Assembly: GCF_964204645.1 (NCBI RefSeq)
Contig: NC_134033.1
Coordinates: 5,170,231-5,234,230, forward strand
Source: Tubulanus polymorphus
Taxonomy: Eukaryota; Animalia; Nemertea
Direction: 5' to 3'
Length of the DNA stretch: 64,000 bases
The notes beneath the pieces were generated by a model that was given only the letters and a program-made list of their open reading frames with translations, had not been told where the DNA came from and searched no databases. Positions 26,297 through 39,000 of this stretch are shown piece after piece. Position 1 is the stretch's first letter; every line of letters starts with the position of its first letter. Made by a program: the position numbers and the translations under genes.

Positions 26297-26771
26297 GTAA
26301 GAAAATATCAAAATATACAAAAATGTCATTCAACAATATCTGAAATTTGAGAACAAGCTCTTTGCATTGATATTGTTCTATTCTGTACCAGCTCTTGATA
26401 TTTGAGATATTTTTCACTTGATATTTTTAAGAATTTGATATTTGCCAAATAAAAATTAGGAAAAGCATATAGTTGCTACCGTTGTACTTTTATAAATTCT
26501 CCTGCTTTGGCCAGACAAGCGACTACTTGGGATTTCCGATTCAGATGAAAATTCATGATTATAAAAGCGTATCGATATTTAACGTGAACTGTGCTCATTT
26601 TTCTGATGAAGCTGCTATGCCATGTAGCTCGTAATTCAAACTTTAATTTCACCTTTATTGACAGTTAACTACCTATTTTCAAGTTTAATTTGAAACCATT
26701 CTCACTCGGCTGCTTAACAACTGCTTTTAATAAAAGGTGTTGTTTAATTTCAGTTAATAAATTCCACAAAT

Positions 26772-29700
26772 ATGAAGTTTAGTATTTCGATATTGCTGGT
26801 AGCGGTGGCGACTATCGCCATTATTGAGTTGGTTGCTTCTGCGCATTTTACTAGAGGTAACGACCCGCCGGCTTACCGAAGTCTGTCCCGATAAAATCCC
26901 CCTATGAATGTTATGAATAGTGATGTCATAGCGGGACTTGAAGGAGACTAACGTGAGGCTATTTTCCATTTTGGACCATGAAAAGCCGCCTTTGTACATA
27001 ACGATTATTTGTCTATTTTATTAAATCAGCTGAACGCTCATTCAACGTTTCTCAGTCTCAACTATGGAATAAGGGCTCCGTCCCGTTTCAATTCGACAGT
27101 TCTCTCGATAAAAGTAAGTTCACTCTTTACCTAAACTGGAACAACAATTAAGTTAAACTGAACCAACGAAGTTACGAGGAAATGCATTTCAGGAAACAGA
27201 ATATTAAGCCTTCAAATCAATGTGATAGAATAAATTGTATCGATTTAAAACGTTTAGGGCCGGTTGACCACTCAATGGTTCCGACTTGAGACTAGTCTAA
27301 GACCTAGACTAATCTTACAACTTCAAACTGGCCTAAGCTCATTTTAGTATCGAACCTAAATCGCACGAATCTACGTGAAAGCATCCTAACCTTAAAATTT
27401 TGGTTCTATGGCAAATCTAACAACTTTTGGTTAAAGCTCATCTTAGTTTGATATCCAATCTAACAACTCAGGACCAGTAAATTGAGCTCATTTCTGGTTC
27501 TTTAACAAATCTAACAACGTAAGACCAGCCTAAGCTCATTTCAGTTCAATAGTCAATCTTACAACTTAAGTCATGTAACAGTCAAAGATTATTTTGGTTC
27601 TACAATTAATCAAACAACTTACGACCAGTCCTTGGATATGAGATTTAACTTAAACACTTCATTCACTTCATACACGTTGGGCTGATGACGTTTGTTAACG
27701 AACGTTTCGTTTATTTTTGTGTGTTTCTAGAGGTGAAGAAAATGATCAAGGCCACAATGAAAGAACTTACAGAGAAAACCTGCGTGAAATTCCGACGTAG
27801 CAAAAAGAAGGACTCGAGCTGGTTGAAATTCTCCAACGGAGTCGGGTTCGTTAACTTACCTAAATCTACGAATCCGAGTTCATAAAGCCCGGTTTCAATT
27901 TGGATAAAAACAATTTTCCAAGGTTTTCATTAAATTCCGAGAACATGTTTATCGAACTACGAACAAACTAGCTTTCTAGATTATACAAAATCGGTTAGGT
28001 TTTAACACCGGGTTAAAAGCATAAGAAATAAACTTTAACTTTACACTGAAAGGCCGAATAAGCCTTCATTGGCTTCATCTAATCTCCTCCACATTATATT
28101 AAAACATTTCATATTTGTATATTCTCGAATATCTATTTATGACATGTTGTAATTTGTTGTGGAATTAAAATTATTATAAATTGTTATAATGATAACCCCC
28201 GAAACTGTTGAACTAGCTAATTAAAACAATAAAATCTAAAACGAAATTTGTTTAAACGTATTCTTCATTCTTTTTTTCAAATATTTTTTCTATGAAATCG
28301 TTATTCGAAGCATGATTTAGTAGTTGCCATAAAATAAAGATATGATTAAATGAGATATGCAATTCATTGTTTTCAGATGCGCCACTCATGTGGGAAAAGC
28401 CGACGAGGAAGGAGCCCAAGTTGTTTCACTCGGAGCCGACTGCGCGTTCAAAGGAATCGTCATTCACGCCGTTACGCATGCGCTAGGTACGTTTACAAGA
28501 TAGTAGGTGCTTGAAATCTGTGAATCTATTTTTCATCAATGATTTAAAAATCAATATAGATATAAGGATAAGCAATATTATTTCATAAATGTGGACATAT
28601 GAAGCACCCACGGCAAGCGAATTATTTAGCAAGTTATTGATTTTAAGCTCTTCCGTCGTAGAAGTCATCTGACAGCTGACGACGTTTTCCAATAGTTTCC
28701 GTCGAGGCCATGACCTCATAAACTAATTTCTATCGAACTTGTCAAACCTGTCCGCTTGAGCTTTATCAGCTCTATTGCTGTCATACAGTCGTTTAATTAC
28801 ATCGACTAAAACTCGTAGGTCTGGAGTGGATGATTTGTATAATATATCCATTGCAATCTGACTTTGTCATTCAAAAGACCAATTAACCCGTTATGAAAAA
28901 GTTCCTACAAGCGGCACAAACGCAAATAAAGGAAAACCAAAATATTCACAAAAGCTCCCGTATACCGTTAAGGTCGTCGGGAAGAGGTTTTGACTCACGT
29001 ATTTTAACTACGCCTCTCATGACACAGTTGGCCAATTTCGCGATTTTCGCCACCAGTTACTTGGTGTCACAGTCCAATATCAGTTGATATGGGCAGTTTA
29101 AATCATTTAACAAACTGACTTGAAGATCGAAATTACGTAGAAAAGCTGACTAGAAAAAAAAACCATCGTCGGCATTTCAATGAATTACAAAACCTCCTCT
29201 TCACCACGTATGCTAGTATTTTCTTCACAATTACGTTCATAATGAGAGATGTCTATATTTCGTTTACCCGCCTAGCAAGCTCTCGTGAATTCAGTGCTCA
29301 GTTGGAACTGGCTCCAGAGTCACTCCGATACCATAATTGACACTCGTTGAACCAGTTGCTGGTGTCACCGACCACTATATGAAGTGGATATAGGTAGTTT
29401 AAACCATTAAACAAGACTAATTGAAGATAGAAATCATGCTGAAAAGCTCACCAGCGAGGCGACCATCGTCAGCATTTCACTGACTTTCAAAGACCCATCT
29501 GAACCATGTATGCTATCATATTCTTATGAAGTATGTTCATGGGGAGAGGTGACCAATATTGCTGGCCCCTGAAATAACCCTTGAGCTTAATCAACTGCCG
29601 ACGTCGAGAAGGCAGTAGTTTGGTTTCATACCTGCGCTTAGCAAGCTTCCATTAATCTAGCCCTATGTTGGAGCTGGGTTAAGAGTAATTCTAAGACTAT

Positions 29701-30984
29701 TCAGGTCATACGTTATAAAGACTCGTCGTGTTGGCATCAAGAGAATGATTTTCTTTGTTTTTTTTTTTTTCATGAAGGATTCACTGACGCGCAGAGCAAA
29801 CCGAACGTAGACAAATACGTTCATCTTACTCGTGATTACATCACCAGAGGTAAGGAGTACTTTACTAACATTCATCTTAAACGATAGTCATTCGAAACGC
29901 AATAAAAATAGATTAAAAGCGTTGATCTGCCTTTTTTCACAACGGGCCTGAACTTTCATACTGATTGTACGGCATTAATGGCTCTGTTCAAGTTCCTATC
30001 ATCAATTGCCTATCTATATTTTGCATTTAATAAAGGAATTTCTTAATTGATGCCAATATCATTATCATGAATGTCTCATCTTCATGCATTTCTACAACGA
30101 AATGCGATTTTCGAAATCCATATTCGATTCGATTCGTTGCCATTTCTGCTGAAGCTGATTTAAATTATATGCCATCATATATTTCGATTTGTAAATTTCG
30201 TTAAAAAGAAAATTATTTTCTTTTACTAGATGAATTGAGCGTAGCGGAACTTGTTGGTATCAACCAACTGTATGGATGCTCTGAAAACTGTAAGTTGTAA
30301 CTGTTTTTACCCTAATCAGTAGATGGTAGCTCGAACGCCAGGACGTACAAATTCGGTCGAAATGAAATGCCTCCATTCAGATTTCTCAAAGTTCGGGCAT
30401 ATACTTTTTCTACATAACCCCAGATTGGTATTTTTGAAGTCGTATACGTCAATATGTTTACAGTTCGCTTATTGAATTAGGTGAAAAGTGAATTATGGAT
30501 GAATTTTAATCGAATCTGCAAAGAATTTAGGATATGATATTACATTACGCGCTAGTGACACCTGGTGGATCCTCACTTGCCACAATTGGAATCCTCTATT
30601 GCCAGAGTATCTTATGTCAATACTTAACATCTGTCACTTATCCTCCATTGCCTGTGAAGTTATTGCGCACTGGTACATCTAGTGAATTCTCACTTTTCAT
30701 AAGTAGAACCCTCGATTGCCACAGTAGATTGCCTCATTATACATAAGCTAATCAGGAATTTTATTATGTCCTATATAGTGGGCTCACTCGGCAACATGTC
30801 CCCATGGACGCCTTGGACTCCGTGCAACACCGACTGCGTCTCCACACGAAGCAGATTCTGCAAGCGCGACACCAGACTCCGCATCAACCCGATTCATCAA
30901 TGCAGCCCGGGTACCGACCAGAGAGGCATCGAAACAGTGTCGAGAAACTGCCCGCGTGACCGTCTTTTCGGCAGATGCGATTAG
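26772..30984 (+). CDS. Secreted astacin-like pseudoprotease + TSP1 domain, copy 1 (243 aa)
   Basis: Exons 26772-26856, 27030-27113, 27731-27845, 28377-28486, 29778-29849, 30230-30289 and 30779-30984, all GT-AG and phase-consistent (732 nt). Signal peptide, then LWNKGSVPF, TCVKF, GCATHVG, HAVTHALGFTD, INQLYGC and TSP1 WTPWTPC...RSRFC. AATAAA at 31021. Confidence 0.9.
27290..27630. repeat. Intronic ~50-bp degenerate tandem repeat (likely MITE-derived)
   Basis: aatct(a/t)acaact...gaccag..taagctcatttt units; also present at 36540-36975. Confidence 0.6.
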
Positions 30985-31164
30985 TCGACTTTTTAAAATG
31001 TAGTTTAGTCAAATTTTGAGAATAAAGTCTCTAAAATTATAGATTTAAGTTAAATATTTTAAGGTATTATCAGATATCCAACGTTGTATCTACGTAAAAC
31101 TGGAACAACAAGATATCCGAAGGACCGAATATCCGAACAGCTTTCGTACAACCCATACACTACA

Positions 31165-31240
31165 CTACGGCAATGAACAGGGCTCGAACCCACGACCTGG
31201 CAACCGAGAGACGCTTTAAACTCTCGGCTACACCGCCATT
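31165..31240 (-). mobile_element. tRNA-derived SINE head remnant
   Basis: Minus strand has A-box TAGCCGAGAG and B-box GGTTCGAGCCC, with no complete cloverleaf. Copies at ~40080-40150 and ~52280-52345. Confidence 0.55.
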
Positions 31241-31469
31241 TCACAGCTAAAAGATATATTTTTGATGGTATCATTCAATAGTTCGCTTGATCCAAAAGAT
31301 AAGTTATTTGACACCTCTTAATTACCATTTTTAACTTAAATAGTAGTTATTTTAGAACCATCGCGCCCATTGAATTTAAAGCTTCCTTTACTAAAAAAAA
31401 AAACCACCTAGAGCCAAACACAGCGCAAATCACTGGTTGCAAGTTGATTGAGTCAAGATTAGTGTTAGG

Positions 31470-32460
31470 GTATTTCGAGTTTGCTGTAACGAGGATCCAT
31501 CTGTTTTACACATCAGCCTAAGCCCGAGTTCCCTAGATAACATAGAGTTAAAATGTCAACTTACCAGTTCATGAGTGCAGCTTACGATGATTTCAGTCAG
31601 ATATTATTCATTTTTTGAAGATATGATTATTCGAGCATTCTAAGCTCCGTCGGGATAAGATATTTCAGTAATAGCGCATTGACAGCAGTCAGGTCCCGAG
31701 GAAGTGAGGAAGGTCTGCAGTCCGCTCTGTAATCGTTGGTTTAGTCCACTTGTATTGACAGCGATCGGGTCCCGAGGAAGAAATCTGTAAAAAAACGAAG
31801 ATCACTATCAATTTTCAATTTGACTCGATACATATACATTGTATAGTCAGTTAGATCTAGTATCAAATAAGAACAAATCTACTCACCACTGACCTCTGTT
31901 TGAAGCGTCGTGGATTTCGAAAGGTCTTGAGTCAACAATGTTTCAGTTTAGTCAGCTTCGCGGTGTTGACATCAATCGGGTCGCAAGTGAGGAACAACTG
32001 ATCTGAAAATCAACAATTCCATCAATTCTACATTTTCTCATTCCGACTGGAAGAATAGGTTAGACTGAGTAGGATCCCTGACAGGCTATCAACACGGTAA
32101 ATATTCCCCTAGGCCACTTCGTTGCTCCCTTATTGAGTTAAGTAGACTCATCTTTTCAGTTTGAAAACAAATCTTATAGATTGACTAAACCGTTGTTTAG
32201 ATTCAACTCACCTAACCGCGCCGGAGGACTGGACATATATTATGCGCGTGTATAGTGAATTCAACGTATGTAGTTAAGAATTAATCCTCGAAATTGGATC
32301 AATCGAACGTAACCACGTGATTTCAAAGACCAATAACAATAACAGGACACAATATGAGTGGGTTTCGTCATAACGCGGTTCAATGGACAGTGTAAAATGC
32401 ACTGCGATACTACCGGCGACACTGGGTAGATATTACCAAAACTGATTACGAACAAATGAA
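31470..32460 (-). ncRNA. Copy D of the spliced unit; candidate multi-exon lncRNA
   Basis: Minus strand: donor gtgagt (32211), acceptor tttcag (32003), exon 32002-31887, donor gtgagt (31886), acceptor ttacag (31785), exon 31784-31565, donor gtaagt (31564). No conserved ORF. Confidence 0.45.
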
Positions 32461-33869
32461 AAGACACTTAATATCCTCATTGCCTCTCTCCACCCAGGAG
32501 TAAAATGGGTAAATTATTCTTCCATGATCGACATTACAAATTTGGTTATTCACGCATTTTTTTATTTCAATTTTCATATGTTGGTATTTTTGATTGGTTT
32601 AAAAATCCATTCATCATATGGACCGTGTCGATGATCTCTAGGATGCGCCGGTGGCTGTGATGTTTATTACGAAAGTAATTGCTAAAAACACTCAGCGTTT
32701 TGAGGCGTGACGAATCTGCTAATCAGTTGGATACCACGCATAGTGATTGTCATAATGTTGGTTTTGTGCGTGATTTTGATTTTAACCTCCAGTTTTCTCA
32801 GTTGAGCCAAACATTGCGATCGGTTAGAGACTTACTAATTGATTATATGCGGTCAATTTTGCAGTAGTTTAAATCTAATACAGGTTACAGTTCGACACTC
32901 ATGAGTTATAGAGTTTACTCTGAGTTAGAATTAGTTCATTTACGACGAGTTATCCCTACGTCAAATCTAAATTCGCAACTTTGGAACTGGTTCCAGTATA
33001 GTCTACAAATCTATTCATCCATCACAGTTATACAGACCTGGTCTGATAGGAACTATCATTTGACAACTTATTAACAACTTATTTACTAACTCCCATTCCG
33101 CCGTCTTTAGACTACCATCTGAAATACACAAGATGTCAGTCTAATGGATATGGCGGAACGAGAGTATGTTAATGACATAGATCTTATTGTGAAACACAAA
33201 GGTTCAATTCATTCATTCACCAGGCTCTACAAAAAAAAAGCTCATCAATAGATATTGAATATTCATCCCGTCCCCCTAAAATATTCTATCATGGTATGTT
33301 TATGTTATATAATAGTTATTGTAGTATTACCATTGTATGTTGTATATTGTTTTGAAAATAGCTTACCATAGATAAGCCTTAATTGACATTTGTATCATTG
33401 TCATCATCCATTTCATAGTCACCGGGGCTCGTCCACTCTGTTCAGACCCACAGCCTTCAGGCTCTGGACGAGTCCTTCATAGTTCATTGTGGTATTTTGT
33501 AAGATAAATTATTATATTAAACTATGTTCTATGAAAATAAAATCAATCAATCAATCAATCGAGTTCCTATTGTTTTCATATTTGCCCTGAGAAAAAAACT
33601 ACGATTAAATCAAAAAATGCCGTAATCTCGACCGCCGATCACACAACTTTATCCGTACTTTGATATCCGATTTCAATATCAAATCCCCTGTTTCGGTCAT
33701 GTTAGGTGTGGTTGGTTTATTAGGGACATCAATCAAAGTCAAATCAAACCAAATATACCACTCAAATAAATAACAGGGTTATTTCCTACTTTAAGATAAA
33801 ATTATTCGATTACTCTTACAAAGTCTATGGATTCAATGTAACACAAAGTCAAATACAACGGTTGTATTT

Positions 33870-34160
33870 GACTTTGTTGGCGAATACTTTGTATATTTTG
33901 TGATTGATACCGCGTCAAGGAATCTGCCTTCGTCCGATATCAACCCACTCGAACCAGCCACAGGAACAGCGTATGAAATTGATTGCGGTTTGAAATGTGT
34001 TTGGAATCGTGAATGTGATTTGTTCATCAAACGACAAATAACGTCGTCAAATGTCGTTAATATAATACAGATCTGATTGGCGTTGATCAAATGGCAACAA
34101 GCCACTGATGAAGTTACCTACAAAGATGGGTCTAGCTACAGACACTTGCACATGGTCTAA
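33870..34160 (+). pseudogene. Decayed small PAN/apple-domain gene, copy 2
   Basis: Reads ...EIDCGLKCVWNRECDLF / frameshift / NNVVKCR*YNT. Flanks 33560-34400 align with 7440-8220. Confidence 0.6.
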
Positions 34161-34823
34161 TAACATGTTTTACTGATTAAGTTACCGTGGAAGCTTCAAT
34201 GTTGGCAAATCACTATTTTTCAATTTACGTCAATTATTGTAATGGCAATTATAGTGTAATCGAACGTAACATTTATTCAAATAGATAAAACCAAGTAACG
34301 ACCATCTCAAGAGAAAAACACGAAACGCCATGACTGTATCTAAATATTCTTATTCGATTCTCAATAGATGATTCATTTCGTTGTCAATCTTTATAATGTA
34401 TTATGTAGTGGCTTTTTAATTCTTCAATAAACTCTATAACATGTTACGATCGAGTCTGTCGCGTGGGACGATCGGATTTATACGCCTTCAGTAATTCAGG
34501 TTTTGGACCTTGCTTTATTTTGGTCTTCATCTTCTGAAGTTTGTTATCATTATGTCGTTATTAGAATCGCTTTCGTGTACAGTGCTATGATTATTGTGTA
34601 TTATCGTTTTGTGATAATGAACTTTTCCAATATTCCTCAATCGACTGTGTTTATGCATTTGTCTGGTGTGAGGTTCATCCCCTCTCGTATAGAAACGGTT
34701 TGATTGTCTCGGGGGTTGTCTCAAAATTATGGTGGCTGATTCGGGCCGTACAAAGCGATTTGTCTGTTCGGCTAGTGGAACGATTAAACAAAATTCAAAT
34801 TGGCCTGTTCTAATAGTCTTGTA

Positions 34824-35140
34824 CCACTTTGTACATCCTCCCTCGGCAGGGATTCGAACCTAATGGCATCGCTACACTCAGCCACGGAACGAACCCCTGT
34901 CACAGTAGACAGGGTGCCCACCAATCAGATTGCTTGTTGTTTAATCGACGAGGTAAATTTGAGAACTGAAAACGGGAAAATCCGGGCTGAAATAAAACGG
35001 GATATCTGATTGGCTAATAATGACATCATCAAAGCTGCGCGTGTAGCTGCGTACTCGGTCTGGTGTGGCAGGGTTTCGTATCGTGGCAATCTCGATGCCA
35101 TCAGATTCGAATCCTGGCGGGGAAGATGAAATTTGTACCA
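34824..35140. mobile_element. Palindromic MITE with long TIRs
   Basis: catcctccctcggcagggattcgaacctaatggcatcg ... cgatgccatcagattcgaatcctggcggggaagatg. Second copy at ~59740-60560. Confidence 0.75.
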
Positions 35141-36002
35141 CAGGTATTGGACAAATAGCGTCAAAATGCTATCTACGTAGTTGAACCCAGCTGCAGACGT
35201 ACCACGTGATCGCGTCGCCATCATCCACGATGACAGATGTAAATGTTTCCATCGAGCCCGGAATTTCGTGTCATATTGACACAATAACGTCACGAGGGGA
35301 TAAGTATGATCCTGTTTTTCCCTATACGGAAAATCGATTTGATAAACAAAGAATGCCGCGAGGCAGCCGTTACATACCGGAGGTAAATTCTCGGATCACG
35401 ATACACGTGAATGACCGGAAGTTGATCACCGGATATCCGCGCAGCTGTTAGGATGGATGGAATTTTGTATATAACCGCAGCCAAATCTAACCACGATTAA
35501 CCCATGCTCTGGAATCGAAGGAGTTTGCGTTAACAAGGTAAGAAAATATCAAAATATACAAAAATATCATTCAACAATATCTGAAATTTGAGAACAAGCT
35601 CTGTACATCGATTTTAATGGATTCTGTATAAGCTCGAACTTGATATTTGCCAAATAAGAAATAGGAGAAACGGCTGGCTGTAACATATGTGGTACTTTTA
35701 TAAATTATGAGTTGGCCAGACGAGAGATTACTTGGGATTTCAGATTGAGATGAATATTCAAAATAATATTGATGATATCTAACGTGAACTCTCCTGACTT
35801 TCCCGATGAAGCTGCTACGCTCTTGTAGCTCGTCGTAATTTGGTTTATAGTCAGTGTTAGTATAGTTAGTATAGTCATTGAAAGTAACTACGTACTATAT
35901 CTCTGTTTTAAAGTTTAACTTGAAATGATCTTTCACTCAGCTGCTGAACAACATATTTTGATGAAAGGTATTCTTTATTTTCAGTCACAAAAGTCTGCAA
36001 AT

Positions 36003-39000
36003 ATGAAGTTTAGTATTTCGGTATTGCTGGTAGCGGTGGCGACTATCGCCATTATTGAATCGGTTGCTTCTGCCCATTTTCCTAGAGGTACCGACCCGCC
36101 GGCTAACAGAACTCTGTCCCGATAAATCCCCATATGACATCATCTGGTTAAAATAAGCCTTTCGATATTTGAAATGTATATTGAAACGTTACGAATTGTG
36201 ATGTCATAGGGGGGCTTAAATGAGACTAGCGGTTGGCTAATTTCCATTTTGGCTTTAGAAAAACTGTAACAGTCTTTTGTACCTAGCGATAATTTGTTTA
36301 TTTTTTTGTAATCAGCTGAACGCTCATTCCGCGTTTCTCAGTCACAACTATGGAACAAGGGCTCCGTCCCGTTTGAATTTGACAGTTCTCTCGACAAAAG
36401 TAAGTTCACTCTTTAATTCAAACTGAACCAACAAAGTTACGAGGAACTACATTAGGAAACTGAATATTAAGTCTTCAAATCAATATGATAGATGAAATCG
36501 GTCGATTTAAAACTTTAAGGCCTTTTTGGCCACTCAATGGTTCCGGTTTAAGGACAGTCCTCAATGTTCTGGTTTAGAAATAGTCTAGTACCACCCTTGT
36601 TCTATAGCTAATCTCACAACTCCAAACTGGTCGAAGCTCATTTTAGTATCGAACCTAAATCGAACTAATCTAACAACAGCTGTGTAAACTTATTTTGGTT
36701 CTAAGAAAAATCCAACAATTTTAAAGACCAGTCTAAACTAATTCTAGTTCGATATCCAATCTAACAACTTAACACCAGTCAACTAATATGCTCATTTCTG
36801 GATCTATAGCAAATCGAACAACGTAACACAGGTCTAAGCTCATTTTAGTTCCAAAATCCCACAACTTGAGACCAGACTAAGGTCATTTTCGTTGTATAAT
36901 CAATCTTTACAACTTAAGAAAAATCTGAGATTGTTTTGGTTCTCAATCCAATATCTTACGACCAGTCCTAGGTTATAAGATTGCTCGTAAACTTCATTCA
37001 CATCGGTACAACTGAGCTGAATGAATTTGTTAACGAACGTGTGGTTTATTTTTGTCTAGATGTGAAGAAAATGATCAAGGCCGCAATGGAAGAACTTACA
37101 GAGAAAACCTGCGTGAAATTCCGACGAAGCAAAAAGAAGGACTCGAGCTGGTTGAAATTCTCCAACGGAGTTGGGTTCGTTAACTTACCTAAACCTACGA
37201 ATCATAAAGGCTGGTTTCAATTTGGATAAAACATTTTTTCCAAGATTTGCATTAAATTCCGAGAACATTTTTATCGAACTGCGAACAAACTAGTTTTCTA
37301 GATTTTAATAGATCGGTTTGGTTTAAATCATAAGAATAAATAAACTTTAACTTTTGACTGAAAGGTAACCCTTGAAACTGTTGAACTAGCTACTTAAACC
37401 AATATATTCTAAAACGAAATCTATTTCGTAAACGTATTCTTCATGCTTAATTTTGAAATAATTATCTTATGAAATCTCTATTCGCAGCATACTTGTCAAG
37501 TTGTTGTAGAATAAGATTTGATAAAATGAGAAATGAAATTCGTTGTTTTTAGATGCGCCACTCACGTGGGAAAAGCCGACGAGGAAGGAGCCCAAGTAGT
37601 TTCACTTGGAGGCGACTGCGCGTTCAAAGGAATCGTCATTCACGCCGTTATACATGCGCTAGGTACGTTCACAAGATAGTAGTTGCTTGAAATCTGTAAA
37701 TATATATTTTAATTGCATCAATGATATGAATCAATATAAATATAAGGGTAGGCAATATTATTTCATAAATTTAGGCGTATGAAGCACCTGCGGCAAGCCA
37801 ATATCATTTAGCAAGTTCTAGATGTTAAGCTCTTCCGTTGTAGAAGTCATCTGACAGCTGACGACGTTATCCAATAGTTTCCGTCGAGGCCATGACCTCA
37901 TAACCTGATTTCTATTAGATATCGAACTTGTCAAACCTGTCCGATTGAGCTTTATCATCTCTAATGCTGTCATACAGTCGTTTAATTACATCGACTACAA
38001 CTCGTCTGAGTTCTGGAGTGGATAATTTATATGATATATTCATTACACTCATTCATTACACTCATTCATTACACTCTGACTTCGTCATTCAAAAGATTAT
38101 ATAACCCGTTCTGAAAAATTTCCTACAAGCGGCACTAACGCAAATAATTGTGGAACACATATATTCAAAAGTGAAAAAGTTTTCAAAAGCTCCCGTATAC
38201 CGTTAAGGTCATCAAGGGAGAGGTTTGGACTCACATATCTTAACTACGACTCTCATGACGCAGTTGGCCATTTTCGCCACTAGTTGCTGGTGTCACAGGT
38301 CGATATTTGGCAGTTTAAATCATTTAACAACTTGACTTAAAGATCGAAATCATGTTGAAAAGCTCACCAGAAAGGCGACCATCGTCAGCGTTTCACTGAA
38401 TTTCAAAGCCCCCGATGAACCATGTATGCTATCATTTTCTTATGAAGTATGTTCATGGGAAGAGGTGACCAATATTGTTGGCCCCCTAGATTAACCATTA
38501 AGCTTAGTTAATTGCCGATGTTCAGAAGGCAGGATGTTTATTTTCCTTTCTGCGCTTAGCAAGCTTTCGTGAATTCAGCCCAATGTTGGATCTGGAACCA
38601 GAATCACTTTAAGTCATACGTAATAAAAATGACTCGTCGTGTTGGCGTCTAGAAAATGATTTCCTTTGTTTTGTTTTTCATGAAGGATTCACTGACGCGC
38701 AGAGCAAACCTAACGTAGACAAATACGTCCATCTTACTCGTGATTACATCACCAGAGGTAAGCAGTACTTAACTAACATTCATCTTAAACGATAGTCATG
38801 CGAAACGCAATAAAAATAGGTTACTCAGTATAAGCGTTGATCTACCTTTTTCTCAACGGGCCTGAACTTCCGTACTGATTGTACGGAATCACATTTCTAT
38901 CATCAATTTCCTGTTTCAATCATGTATTTAAGTAAGGAATTAATTAATTGATGCCAAAATGATCATCATGAATGTCTCATCTACGACGAAATTCGAAATA

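Noticed and set aside
30075-30100. IFMHFY as a hidden Met-turn exon in intron 5
   Set aside because: No suitable splice sites, and the segment is deleted in the otherwise conserved copy 2 (~38975).
31165-31240. tRNA genes (also 46900-47025 and 25440-25460)
   Set aside because: Only A/B-box remnants; no acceptor or anticodon stems. These are SINE heads.
31533-31564. A third short intron of the antisense unit ending at a conserved TAG
   Set aside because: It would be only ~18-34 nt across copies, too short and variable to be credible.
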